A DNA stretch of 64,000 bases from assembly GCA_011109175.1 (NCBI GenBank), contig RDEW01000046.1:77545-141544 (forward strand), given 5' to 3'. The notes under the pieces are model-generated. The model did no database searches, was not told where the DNA came from, and saw only the letters and a list, made by a program, of their open reading frames with translations. Both the position numbers and the translations under genes were made by a program. The stretch is from Dicyema japonicum (Eukaryota > Animalia > Dicyemida). The stretch's first letter is position 1. Each line of letters starts with the position of its first letter. Shown here piece after piece: positions 38,501 through 51,720 of this stretch.

Positions 38501-39460
38501 TAAGAATCTTGTGGATCCCAACATCGTCTCAAGTAGTAAGCCGATTTATAAAAAAAATTACGCACTATATAGAATCACGGAATTTTCTCAGCAAGGCACA
38601 ATGGGGCTTTCATCTAGGTAGATCATTTGGAGATTGTTTTTTCATCTTGATTTCTGATATTGAGAAGACCAGGAACTTCAAATATCAGCTGAGTGTCGTC
38701 TGCCTGGTATATTGAAGGCTTTCGATAGTGTCTGCTAAGAAGCACTGTGTTGATAACTAGTCGCAGCTAGAATCCCAAAACTTTTACTCGATTGGTTAAG
38801 GAATCTTCTGACAGGGAGAAGATAATTTGTGAGATGTGGAGGATTTACTTCTGAAGGAATTGTAATAAAGAGGGGAGTGACACAAGGCTCAGTATTGAGT
38901 CCTCTGCAATTTAATATATTTATGAGAGATTTTCCAGCTCCCAAGAATCCTAGTATTAACGTGATTATTTACGCGGACAATGTACTGATATCAGACATCT
39001 CAGGGAAGATTACGTGGATTTTTTGAATAAATTTTCTGGTTGTGTAAATCCCTTGAAGGTACCAAAATGAAGAAGAAAAAGGCTTACCAAGCACTTCTGT
39101 GTCTACGAAAACTCGATTTAAAGAAAAAGTTTATCTTTATTTTTGAAAGAATTATTCCGTCCATTTTCATCTATGATGTGAAGGATGGTATTTTTTGCCC
39201 AAAAGAAAAAATAATCAGCCTTTTAAACAAGACGAGAAGGGTGGTAATCAATCCGGTCTTCCGTAAAAGTGGCGAAGAAGCACTAGAAGAGGAAGAAGAA
39301 ACTCTGATCAACTTAGTAGGGAGCGTGGTAGTGGAACGGATCGAGGGTTTCCTCCTGAGGACTAAAGTGGATGACACGTTCATTCAGAAGATTCTGCGAA
39401 AAAATCCAGGCCAAAGACAGAGTTTCTGCTTATTTCCCAGTTCGACAGCCATTACATAGA
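35600..39460. mobile_element. Mosaic of Jockey/I-like LINE fragments: + 35600-36740, - 37080-38560, + 38500-39460
   Basis: APE and RT motifs (DYRPISL, QWGF, DKSKAFDSVWH, GVTQGSVLSP, YADN) in both orientations, same family as 8760-12450. Confidence 0.75.
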
Positions 39461-39571
39461 ACGCGCGCGAATCATCAAATATACATGAAAAATAACTATC
39501 AGGTGTTGCATAAACGCCACGAAATAAATTTGCAGAAATTTAATGATAACCTTTTATTAGAAATATTAGAT

Positions 39572-39790
39572 AATTAGCCGCTTGGCGCCGTGTGGCTAGT
39601 AAAATTATTTTCCCTCTCTTTGATGGCGTCATTGGATCCACCTTACTGAGGAGACGTCTAATGCCTGGCCGGCATCAAAAGAATCCACTATTCTTTCCCC
39701 AGGGACAATGTCGTTACCTGGAGATAAGTTCTGGAACGCCGGAAGGAGTCAGGATCATGGAATTAGTTAGTTTGGTTAGTCTTGATTTTA
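39572..39790 (+). repeat. Dispersed repeat with pseudoknot-like motif (copy B, motif 39625-39687), ending in TTAG-like tail
   Basis: Starts TTAGCCGCTTGGCGCC like copy A; 3' part homologous to the reverse complement of 55640-55840. Confidence 0.6.
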
Positions 39791-39934
39791 GAATAATTTT
39801 AATTTAAGCAACTATAATTAGCAAAATCTAGACTTAATTATAACAATACACGTGCATACTAAAGATGCCATTCTATTTTAGTAACACACTTTATTTTAAG
39901 TAAATAAAATTATCATAGCTAATCGATGAGGGAG

Positions 39935-40030
39935 AATTAAGGGATAATCTTCACTTCTCAATTGTGTGGAGTCTTTTTATAGACGATACGATTCCGCAAG
40001 TGGATACTCACTGATAAAGCGTCATTCATA
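39935..40030 (-). mobile_element. tRNA-derived SINE family, internal fragment
   Basis: TCAGTGAGTATCCACTTGCGGAATCGTATCGTCTATAAAAAGACTC matches SINE copies at 27410-27470 and 58830-58890. Confidence 0.6.
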
Positions 40031-40100
40031 AAGCCAATAATAAAAGTTAAAGAGAATTAAATAAAAAAGATTTAAAAAAACTAAAAGTACAAGATAAATG

Positions 40101-41954
40101 TTATTTCTTAGATTTTTTGATTCGTTTGACGATCTCCTTACATCTTTCAACACATTCTGTTTTAGTCTTAGAAGTCACACAGGCTGAGATCTTATCCCAT
40201 CTATCAGAGGTCGAGGCAGAATATGTCTTAAGCGCCTGTTCCAACACTTTCTGCTCCTCTTTCGTCCATACTGTCACCTTCTCTACCCCATTCTGCGGTT
40301 TCTCAAATTCCTGCTGACAGTTAGCCTTCCTAAAAAACTCGGTGGCATCACCAAACGATTCCAAATCCTTAGCCATCTTCATTACATTCTTAACCCCAAA
40401 ATTGTTTGCTTCTTTCCCCTTAGAATTAACATAACGAGTAATGTTTTTCCACCTACACTCAACAAAGCAATGACCTGTCAGTATACCCATTCGGAAACAT
40501 ATTCACTGCTTTTGTGAGCAGTTGCAGATCCTCGACAGTCCACTCTTGTTTCTTTTGTCTCAAAAACTTGCTGCAGTCCTCGAACTACGATTAAAAGGAA
40601 ATGAACCTCTTCAAAAAACTGATCCCTGAATTCCTGATACAAGCCATTATCATGCAACAGATTCAATCTTTTAACTCTAAAGTCAAACCAACGATCACTT
40701 CTGAAGATTTATCTCCTCCACATCCAAACTCAAGACCCCCAAAAAGTTACCAATTGATTGTACTGCATCCCATGGGACGTTCAATGATTTGAATTTCTAC
40801 GTAAAGCAAACCTCAACCTCCACATTACGCTGAAGAATCATCCGTTCTTTAGTGAATTGCTCAGAACTACTCATAGCAACCTAAAGTCAACAAAGAACAC
40901 AAACCACACAGTTCCCTTCAAAGATTGATCCCTAGAAATCATATTAAGGCTTACATTCTGAGACTTCCTTTGCTTCTTTAGCTTCCTCAACTCCTCTTTT
41001 TCCCTTCGCTGCTGTTGCATGTACAGCTTCACTCTAATATCTCTACGATAGGCCTCATCTGACAGAGATCAACCACCAATCCAACCTAGAACCTTCCTGA
41101 TACGTAGAGTCTCCTCCTTCTTCTCTGCAATCTTCTGAGCCTTGTTTTCTTTTTCTACGGCTCTCCTCTGATATCGACTAAGCGTGTTAAGTAAGATTAC
41201 TTCTCTCCTACTTCTTTATCCTCCTTATCAAGATAGGAGAACTCCCGCCAGCTATCAAAGGCATACCAAAAGTCATAGAAGGCCATAACATCCGATAAAT
41301 CGAATTTTCGTCCCCAAATTTAGGAACTGGCTGTTTGTTTGACCACCTACATGTAAAATATAAGAAAAACTTGCTATTTCGTTCGAATGCTTCACCGTAA
41401 ACACGGAAAAAGTCAGCTTTACTCACTTCCGCAGAGACAGGCATGGAATCGTCATTGAAAGGATCCACAGAGTCATATGAACGACGTTTTATGGATTCCC
41501 CAGTATATCGAATGCTGATATCAGTAATAAAAGTACATTTGTTGAGACACGCTGTGATTTCTGTCAGATAATTCTCGTTCAAACAAAGTCCCTTGTCGGA
41601 TGGAAAGCAAGAAGTCTCTGTCGGTCTAAAAATGCCAAATTTAACACAATTTAAGATAATATAGTAATATATACATGCAGACTTAATTTTGTCGGCAGTG
41701 GCTCTCCAACGCACGTTCTTCAGTCCGAGGAGTGCATAGTGGTCAATGTCCTAGAATATCAAGGAGAATACCTTCCAGTCAGTCGGGTCGAATCGAACTC
41801 CATCTGGGGGGTTCAAAATGTAGTTAACTGAGTAATCTGAGTCAAAGTATCCGTCGTCTGATAGCGAAGAATAAAAACTCGAAGTTTTGTCAACCTTTCC
41901 GAAATACGTTAGCATTATTAGCTCGCTTCTGGGTTTATATTCGATAAGCGCCAT
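40101..41954 (-). CDS. DNAJC2: DnaJ subfamily C member 2 (MPP11/zuotin-like): J domain, ZHD, two SANT domains; multi-exon with at least 3 apparent 1-nt deletions
   Basis: [67 protein letters not shown]...RWDKI. Confidence 0.9.
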
Positions 41955-42669
41955 GTTTACAAAAACTAACGATGACTAACTAAGACTAAAACGAGACTTG
42001 ATTCAATTAAATATTGGTTGTTGTTTTTTAAATAAAAAAATAAAATTTATATTAAATTTATATTTTGTAAAACGGATTTTATGATTTTTGAAAAATTTTT
42101 AAGACCAAGAATCACTATTAAATTAAGGAATAAAAAGCATGACAATTAGGTCTATCCTCTATTAGCGACCACCTTATCTTTCAATGTGTTTCTCACGTTA
42201 TCCCAGGTATCTTTTGTAGATTCATACTATTGCCAGGAGATCACATGAGATGAACTGGGCACCCGTTCTCCACACCAAGGTTTCTGAGGGCTTAGGGCCT
42301 TGCATTTAGGGCGAAAACTTTTAGACAGTCTAGTTACTGAAAACTAAGTTCTGTTTTTGTTAGATTTGTCCTCCAGACGATCAACCGTAGTAGATGATGG
42401 CTCAATGTAGTGAATATCTAAGAAACCTAGCGCCTAGGAGAAAGAGCTCCTTTATTGTCAAAGAAGCTCCATGCAAAAGGACAACACATGCATCGCTTGT
42501 TGTCTGAAGGTCATGAAGGAGTCAAGTGTGACATCAAACATTTTAACTGCGTTCTCAAATGAAATAGATCAAATTGTTACGTTGTGAGAGAACCTCATGC
42601 ACCTGCTTTTCGGCTTAAATAATATCCATAAGAGAAGAACGGGGCATTAACCATTGCAAGAAAAACAAT

Positions 42670-42960
42670 AAGACTGTTGATCACTTGGCCACTCAGTGTG
42701 ATAGAATGCTAAATAGTGATTACGCCCTAAGACACAACGAAGTTGTAAAATGCATACATCTCCATCTATGCAGAGTATATGGAATAAAAAAGGCTAGAAA
42801 GTCGAAGGGGATGTTGATTCTAATAACACAGAATGTTGAGATAATAGTCGATGCATCGATTCTGACAGAAACTAAGGTGCAGTTAAACAAACCAGATATC
42901 TTCGTATATAGCAAGATCAAGAATAAGATAATTCTAATAAAAGTGAAATTAAATCTCGTG
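42670..42960 (+). mobile_element. R4-like RLE retrotransposon C-terminal fragment
   Basis: HLATQCDRMLNSDYALRHNEVVKCIHLHLC...NKPDIFVY (CCHC knuckle plus PD-type RLE motif). Confidence 0.75.
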
Positions 42961-44880
42961 ACAGAGGACTTTGTTGATGACAGAGGCAATGGTAAACAGC
43001 GTGACAGAGAACTGTTGCTGATGTGTTGAGGCTCTGCTTCGAGAGCCATAGTTCCAGCTTGTCAGACATTTGTAGAGCGGACTGAGTCGGTGATTGAATG
43101 CTTCTGTCTTTAGAGGCATGAATAATATCGTCTGCATAGAAGAGGATTAGGCAGTTTTCATTACAGGTTTGTGGCATGTCGTTTATGTAGAGATGAACAG
43201 TTGTGACAGTGGGGAGCTTTGAGGGACTCCACTTAGAAAGTAGCGAGATCTTAATTTCATGTTGTTGTAGAGTACTTGTGCGCGTCTTCCATTTAAGAAT
43301 TTCCAAGTCAAAATTTCAAGTTCGGATGGATGTTGGTTTCAAATCTTTTCTTTGTAAAGAGTTTTTTAGTGACTGAGTCGAACTCTTTTGTGTTGTCAAC
43401 GGATATAAGTACTGCCTTCTGATGGGGTTTGGGGGAGTTTAATCCTTCCGCAATGAATTGTATGAGGGTTGTGGTCAAATGGTTAGCCCAGAATCCGAGC
43501 TAGGTAGAAGGTATTGAGATTAAATCTTGTACTTTTTCCAGAACAAGCCTTTCAAGGATCCTTAAAACCGGACTCAGAATAGATATTAGGCGGTAGGAAA
43601 ATAGTTCATTTCTTGTAGGAGATATCAGTATAATATTTTATGAGGTTGTCTTCGCCTTTTCTCTCTGGGAAGGTTCTTTTGATATTCTTGATCCATTTCC
43701 AGACTCTCTGCGTTGGGGTTCTTGCAGAGAGCCTTAGATAATTTCCTCCATCTATTTGAATTTTCTGCCTTTATGTTCTTGTCGATCAGCAACAAAGTTT
43801 TCTGTTACGATCTCTGATCAGTTATCGTAGTTTTCTGATGTTCTCTTCTGTTGGGGATTTCACCATTTTTAGATTATTTCATTCTCTGATAAACGTTCGT
43901 CGTTGTGTTGTAACGTTGTGATGACGTAGGTTGCCTGCCCATTGGAATGTACTTTCTTTTCACAGCGTTTATGATCGAGTTGAACCATGACACTAATTGT
44001 TAGACGGAGGGAGGAGTGGGGATATTCAGTAGTTCAATGCAAGTGTCGACGTACTCCTTGAATCCTCTCCAGTTCGTTATTAATTATCGTCGGAAATTGT
44101 CCTTTCATCCGTGATCTCGTTTTGACCTCCAAAAATATTGGATTGTTGTCACTCCTGGTGTCATATTTCACTGATTAGTCAATGAGAGAGGCCAGGGATA
44201 GGGATGACAGTTGAGATTTCAATGGATGAGGCTTCATCGTTACGTCAAGTAGATGTTTCTTATATGGAAAGCCGGGTCTTTGAGTTTGCAGAGACTGTGA
44301 AGATCTTAAATTATCGTTTTCTCATTTTTTCATAAGCTTATTGTGTCAACCACAATAGGTGCTTAGCATTGAAGTAACCACAGATGATCACATCATTCAG
44401 TGATGTGAAAGGAGTCAATCTGGGAGCACAAGAAGAGCAAGAACTCAAAAATAGGAAATATCACCAACATTATTGAAAGTCCTAGGAATCGGAATTTTGC
44501 AGCCACAAGTTAGATATTTCCATAATCTTTAAGCATACTGTAGACATTCTCAGTTATATCCTCAAACAGAATTCCGTTGCGATTTACTGTGAGAAGGCCC
44601 CCACCAAGTTTCCCAGGTCTGTTACGACGTATTACTGTGAATCCTGGAAATATTGGTGTTGAATTCCTGGGGAAAGTTTAGATTCTTGGATTAACAACAT
44701 TTCGATGTGATGTTATTTCAAATACATCCGAAGTTCAATTACCTTGTTTTTGATTTCATTTATATTGAGTTGGACAGTTCTGATGGTCCGGGGTTTGCCT
44801 TAACGTCTCCGCTACGGCACATGCCTTTCTTATTAGTCCACCCGTGTCCAAATGCCACCACTATGTCGGCGAGCCACATG
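42960..44880 (-). mobile_element. Ingi/I-like LINE, degenerate (2A-like motif, APE, partial RT)
   Basis: SGDVKANPGP (44784-44813), then VQLNINEIKNK, IQESKL, GGGLL (APE); LFYADD in ORF 42917-43306. Confidence 0.8.
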
Positions 44881-46139
44881 CCATTATCACAATCGAATAA
44901 TAAATAATAAATGAGTATGTCACGTGATAAACCTCAAAAATATAATTTGTTTTATGTCAACAAATCAAAATACTGAAATTCTAATATTAAAATAGCATAT
45001 AGAGTTTCCCCCAATATGGTAAGAATAATATTCTGTATAATGTCTCATTTTTCTTACTCCTTCCAACCAGGCTCAACGCTTCGATAAAAGGCAGTTTGTT
45101 AGGACCAAAAACATTTGAGGTTTTACCTGAAATCGTTTGGAAGAATAACTTCTCTTACAAAGAATCAAATTTTTCTTTTTTCTTGCTAGTTTCAAGGAAA
45201 ACATTAACGTTTTGAAAATGTGTACAATCGAAATTCAACAGATAACACTTTCCTTATTCCTAGTGTTGTTATTCGTTCTGGTCTACCCATCTATTCCTAA
45301 ACAGGTTCAAGCAGACAAGTGAAGACTTGGAAAATTAAACTAATCTGATTTACAAGCACAATTTGATTTATTACAAGTGATTAAATAAATTCATTGAGTC
45401 TTCCAGAATATACACTGCTGGTTTATAAATGGAGTAATGAGATGTCCTTGTTGTGCCTATAATTAGTTGATAAATACTCTATATTTATTTCATGTGAGTC
45501 ACCAATGAAGAATCGGCGCTTAGGATTCAAAGTTCTGAGATCTAAATTTTGCTTTCTTTTAGTCATTTTTGAATATAACTTTGAATGAATAAAAATTTAT
45601 TATTTTCAATTATTGGTTAAGCATCCTGAAACTAATTTTCCCATTAATTTAGTTTAAATAATATAAAAAAACAATTAAATTTTTTGATTTAAAAATATAA
45701 AAAATGGTATTTTATCATAAATTTGGTAAAAAATAGCTTTAGAAATTACACGGAATACCTACAACGAAATCTAAGGACAATAATAAACAAAGTCCAGGCT
45801 CAACTCATCCGGGAAACTGAAACGAAGCATAATGAATTTTAGCAATCATAACTAGGGGTGATAAAGTTAATAAAGTTAAATTTTAATATTTCATATAAAA
45901 AATAAACAAATTCTGTTTTTTTATTTTTTTAAACGTTCTCCCTTTATATTTTAAAAAAATTATAAAGTTAAAAAGTTAAAAAATAAATCGTAAGGTTAAA
46001 TTTTTTAACCTTATTTTTTTAAATTATTTCAACTAATTATTAAACAGCATGTAGTTTTTTTGGTGAGGTGGTGACTTGCCTCGTTTTTTAATTGGATAAC
46101 AGTTAAGAAAAATGTCTAAAAAGCAAGAGGCACAAAGGG

Positions 46140-47800
46140 ATGCATCTAATCTAAAGCTCCTTACGTTAAATGCTATATGCCTATCTACGACCTGGTTGAG
46201 GAAGATTCTCTGTGACGACCTGGAAAGATACGACGGCTGCCTAGAAAAGACGATAGTTACATGTAGCCTTGATGAAAACTATGGCGAATATCGAATAATG
46301 TACCGAGTGACTCAAAATATTATGGACTTGGATTTCCCATCCACTCAAAGTTGACAAGTGCAGTAGACCGTATATGGAGTATGAATTACAGGATCTGTGT
46401 TATACAAATCCGTCTAAACAACTTACCTCCTTCGAAGAGCTCTCTGACAATGTAAATGTTTATGCGCCACACTGCGGAGAGTAGCAAAAGATCCGACAGA
46501 ACTAGAGGACTTCTATTCACACTGTTACGGAAGTACAAATATGAGTCGTCATCACTAATACTTATTGCTGGGATTTGAATGCAAAATCGGGATGAAGAAT
46601 AACCCGGATGATGTTTTCTTGGAGAACATGGACGTGGAATAAGAAACCTACCTGGGACAATACTTGGTCACTTTTGTACGTCAAACAACCTTTGTAATAC
46701 TGCATTTATGCTTCCTGCCTGGCACAAAACTAAGTGGATGGGGAAGCGAAGGAACTCAGAGGACAGCTAGTCCCATTATACAACCAAATAGATTATGTCA
46801 TATGCCGGACTAAAGACAAACACGTTCTAATATACGCACTTTCATAAAGGCTCGTCGACTGTCAGCGACCACAAGATGGTTATTGCGACTTTCACCCTGA
46901 AAAAACATTCCATCAAATACAAGAATGCAAAAATCACGAATTTGAGAAAATCAGAGGCGATTACGCGACTGAATGGCTGATTTCCCATCCGGAGACTACG
47001 AGAGATCAACAATACATTCAGACTCATATGCAGGACGTACTGGCGGATACTTGCTAAGATTCTTGGAAACGCACAAAAATACCATCAAGGAAGCTGCTGG
47101 CATGCTTTGGCAAAAGGGAGAATATAAAATCCACCTGAAGACTATTCATCCAGATGAGCTTGCGAAAAGTCTAAAAGAAATAAACATGAGAAAATCAAAT
47201 GCCACCGACGCTTAAATTCGAGAAAAGTCCTTCAGGCGAAAGGCAACGTGTCAGAAGAAAAAATAAAACGTCTGGACAAGAAGCTTTTTTTTAAAGAAAT
47301 AGCTTCCTGTATAGAAAAGGTAAACAAAGTGAAAGACAACGCACAGGTGTACGTCGCTGCTCGTTTGCTGCAGCGAACAAACCGAAGTCGACTAACCATC
47401 ATAGACGAGAACGGTAAGCTGATACTGAACACCGAAGAATAAACTGAAGCCATCGCGGCTCACTTCGAGAAGCTTTTCAACATCAAAACCATAGAAATCC
47501 ACCCGTTTTATGGAAGGCCAAGACCCCTGAAGATATTAATTACGCCCAAAGAAATCAAAACAGCCTGCCTAAAACTCAAGAATAACAGAAGTCCTGGAAC
47601 AGACAAAATAGATTCCGAACTACTAAAATACAAACTCCACTGCCTATATGACAAAATTGCAATACTACTAAATGGAATGTTTTCCACCAACTGCACTCTA
47701 CTTGGGTACGGGACTACTAATCCCCATATAAAAAATCAACAAAACCAGAGGACCGCTCGAAGATTTGCGACTTATTATACTAACAGTAAACTCTCATAAA
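46140..47800 (+). mobile_element. RTE LINE (APE and linker, RT start), degenerate
   Basis: LLTLNAICL, YNQIDYVIC, VSDHKMVI, YVAARLL, KNNRSPGTDKI. Confidence 0.8.
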
Positions 47801-47989
47801 TTTGCCATTTTTAAAGAAATATTCTAATTTTAGTGGAAATTTGCCAAATTAAAACAATAAAACTTTATTCGAGTAGCATGCCCGTTGTGTTTCTAGTGGT
47901 CGATATAAAAGACCCACTAACGAACAAATATTGCGTTATAAGGACGACAACAGCTTATTATAATTCCAAAGAATTGCCGACAAATTTTA

Positions 47990-48950
47990 CTTTTTGTTTA
48001 AAGTGAACATTTAGTGCTATCTCAAAGAGTCGTGAGTCGATTTTGGAACAATTCAAAACTAAAAATTCCTTAACAAAAAACAGTCAAAAAGTTAGTCCCC
48101 GCAACATGATTAAAAAGCTTGTTAGTGGATGGATTCGATGGAATCAAAAGGTATTCTTAATGGTTTTAAATGCATTGTTGAACGATACATTAATATCCAG
48201 TAAACAGAATACTTCGTTAAGCAGCTTTCTCTCCACTATTTCATAAACTCTTTGGATTTTATCCAATTTTTCGGCTGAGAAAATTACATGGGCAAATGTG
48301 CACTGAGATATTGAAGGGTTTCTCAAAAAATTTCAAGAAGTTTCAAAATCATATACCTGCGAGCAAATTTATAACCTGGATGAAACAGGGAGTTTTACAG
48401 GCTTATTCCATCCAGAAGTATCTGCAAGACTCTGTTCAGAGGATGCAAGAACTTCAAAGATAGAGTATCTGTGATGTTATGCACAAATATGTCTGGAAAT
48501 CATAAATTAAAGCCTTTATTGATTGGAAAATCAAAAATGCCAAAGTGTTTCAAAAATATGATTATCGGTGTTCTGTTTTGTATTACAGTTCCAAAAGAGC
48601 GTGGATTTTTATTAACTGGATGATAAAATTCGATAACTTTTACGGCAGAGGAGTCAATTTTGCTTCTTATAGATAATTGTCTTCTCATTGCTTGCCATCG
48701 AATTTGGAAAATACTAAAATACAGGAATAATTCAGCCAATGGATTTGGGAACTATTAAAACATTCAAAGTCCACTTTAATAGACACAAATTAGAGTATCT
48801 TACTGGATTATTGAAAAAAGAAAACACGTCAGTTTATGAATGATATAAAAATTTGAACCTAAAGACATTGTTCTATTTATAAAATGGCCTGGGAAGATGT
48901 ATAACCAAAACAATCAAAAATTGTTTTAAAATTCTAAAAAAGTCGAGTAT
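47990..48950 (+). mobile_element. pogo/Tigger (CENP-B-like DDE_1) transposase remnant
   Basis: EQIYNLDETG, KDRVSVMLCTNMSGNHKLKPLLIGKSKMPKCFK, MDLGTIKTFKVHF. Confidence 0.85.
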
Positions 48951-49129
48951 TAGTACACCATAGTAAATGTGAACATAAGAAATATTATCTAATACGGATG
49001 TTCATGATCCGATTGAAATCGAATAATTTACATAAATTCTTCTGAAAAAATGCAATAAATGAAAAAGAAATAATATCATTAATTTATGATAATTAGATAC
49101 TCATCCACGAAGAAACTAATGAATTGGTC

Positions 49130-50010
49130 TGGAGTCACAGATGGAGGTGTGCAACGCATCAAAGATACCGTAACGCCACCAATATCATGGAAATTGACCT
49201 ATCAAGAGCTTCTGATGCGGTTCACAGGAACAAGTTAATGGGGTACTAAGCGTATTCCTTGATGAGTCGAGTCTAAGGATGATCCGAATTCTACTTTCCA
49301 ATACTGAGCTCCTTGTAGAGTCGGAAAGACCTATTCAAGAAAATTTGAAACAAACACGGGCACTCCACAAGGAGACTCCCTTTCTCCCTACTATTCACAA
49401 TTTATTTGGAAGCCGCTATGAGGGAACTTAGACCGTTATACCAAGGAAAGACGGAAGAAGTGATCTACGCGGACGATGTAGACCTAATTTCTGAAGACAA
49501 AGAGGTCCTGGAACACCTATTAGAAAAATCACCAGATAATGGTTTCTTACTGTGAACAGAGAGAAAACAGAATTCACAGAAATATGAAGGATGAGTAACG
49601 TCCTAAAGAGAAGTGGCACAAGTAAAGAAACTCGGTTCACTTATGGGAGATAGCGAAGATATTTTACGTAGGAAAACTCTAGCCAATGTCGTTATATAAA
49701 CTGAAGAATCTATGGCTCAATCAAAGAGGTATCAACACGAAAATGAGAATCCACTATACGACTCTTTTATAACCCGTACTTTTATATGACGCTAGGAACT
49801 TGGGCACCTCATCAGCGGATATGGAAAGACTAGACTCGTTTTACAGAGGTCAGCTGAGAAAAATAACAGGAACTACTTGACCTACGAGAATATCGAAAAA
49901 TGCTTTATACAAAAGATGCAGCACTAGACCTATCAGCTTAGAAGTACTGAAATCTTGATGGAAGCTCTTCGGACACGTGCTGAAAATGGAATTAACATCC
50001 CCACCGAACA
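49130..50010 (+). mobile_element. RTE LINE RT fragment
   Basis: IDLSRA, GTPQGDS, IYADDVD, LDSFYRGQLRK across frameshifts. Confidence 0.8.
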
Positions 50011-50230
50011 TATACTATGTTCTTCAAATAGTTTTACAAAAAAACTTGGTTAATATTAAAAAAAATTAAAAAATGCCGACGACCACGACACTATGAGAGC
50101 CTTTTCTAGGAACAGGGGAGCATAGAAGAGGATGACATCTTGCATTATTTCTTTTGCTGCACATGCGAGGCTATATTTAGTATGACTTTCGTGAAGTGCT
50201 TAAATAATAATGTAGTTTACACATTTTTTT

Positions 50231-50375
50231 ATGCCACGTATTTCTAAGTCTTCTATGACTAAAGCAACATTAAATGTTAACGAATTTCCAAAAGAATTTC
50301 AATTACATAATAACCATGAGTTATTTTGTAAACTATGCTTAACGACAGTGAAGTGTTCAAAAAAGCACTTTGTTA
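50231..50375 (+). mobile_element. CGGBP1-like/hAT zinc-finger N-terminus, interrupted by an RTE fragment (~50375-50820); related remnant at ~54800-54940 (-)
   Basis: MPRISK...EFPKEFQLHNNHELFCKLCLTTVKCSKKHFVNLH. Confidence 0.6.
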
Positions 50376-51419
50376 ACCTTCACAAAAGAAAATTCACAAA
50401 TGTATATGGCCGTTCGTTTACTACGCCACACAAACCGGAAGGAACGAATAATCATCAAAGACAAAAATGGCAATACAATACTGATTACTGAAGAGCAAGC
50501 GGAGGCAATTGCGACACATTTTGAGAAACTTTTTAATGTGATTACAGCAATCCCCCCAATCAAAGGAAAACCAAGACCATTGAAAGAACCTATTTCAATT
50601 TTGGAAATAAAAACAGCATGTCAATAATTAAAAAATAACAGAAGCTCAGGACCAGATATGAAAAACCCAGAACTACTGAAATACGCCCCTGACCCCCTTT
50701 TTGAAAAAATCGCTACACTACTAAATGAAATGTTTTCAACTAACTCAACTCTGCCCCTGGGAACGGGATTACTAATACCTATACAAAAACCCAATAGACC
50801 CAAAGGACCGGTTGAAAACTTATAGTAAATTATCACATAAAAAAATATTACAATTTGAAAGTAACTAGTGTATAATAGAGTACGCATATTCGACGCTTAG
50901 TGCAATAGATTTTGGGAAAGATGAAACAATCGTTAAAAAATATTTATAGAAGAGAAGTTTGGAAAGCGACCTAACTAAAATTATTAATATGAATGTAAAA
51001 ATGTATTCGTTCCATCTATATTGTCAGCCCATCCTCGGTATCTGACGAAAGATGTTTTTCGCAATTCAGAGTTTTTTGAGGACAAACAGAAACTTTTGTA
51101 CACTAAATCTGGAAAATTACGTATGTCTATTTTCAATAAATAGTCTTTAAAACAACAGTTGTCATCTTATTCTTTCGTATCTATATTTTACAAGTTCAAA
51201 TTGAGAATAAAGTTAAATTTTTAACATAAGGTTAAAATTTTGGTTTATAGGTTAATAAAGTTATTTTACAAGTTCAAATTGAGAATAAGGTTAAATTTTT
51301 TCAAATTTTAAAGTTTAAATTATTTGCCCTAGTCATAACATACACGAAATACTTGAATAGCCACTTACTGTCAATGAGGTCAAAACCAGAGGAGCATACA
51401 CCAAAAATGTCCCAAAAAA

Positions 51420-51720
51420 CTAAAGGAAAGAGTAACAGGAAACTTCTGGAGGGCGACGTGCGGGCAGCCTCACGGGTTATCACGTCGATGACACAGTATT
51501 GTCTTGTACCCTCGAGGTCCCGAATACCGTAATACTGACTATGAAAGTTTTTGAATCCTGAAGGAATTCCAGAGATTATCATAATCCGAAGTGCGCCGCA
51601 GAAAGGATCCTACGACCACTTCGGAATCTTTTGAAAGAATTCCAGCATATAGCACCGTCAAAGCCCCGCTGAGAGAACGAGGAAGGCAAGGAAAGCTGAT
51701 AAGTGCGGCTCCAGGCCTCA
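51420..51720 (+). mobile_element. CRE-clade internal fragment (pre-RT region)
   Basis: KLLEGDVRAASRVIT, resembling the CRE motif KLEEGDxRGAVR. Confidence 0.5.

Noticed and set aside
44921-44926. Recurrent CACGTG as a genome-wide promoter code (also 2475, 8080)
   Set aside because: Too few instances, and two are not upstream of a supported gene
45016-45110. ATG|GTAAG first exon of a small gene
   Set aside because: The spliced frame stops after ~16 codons and no homology is recognisable
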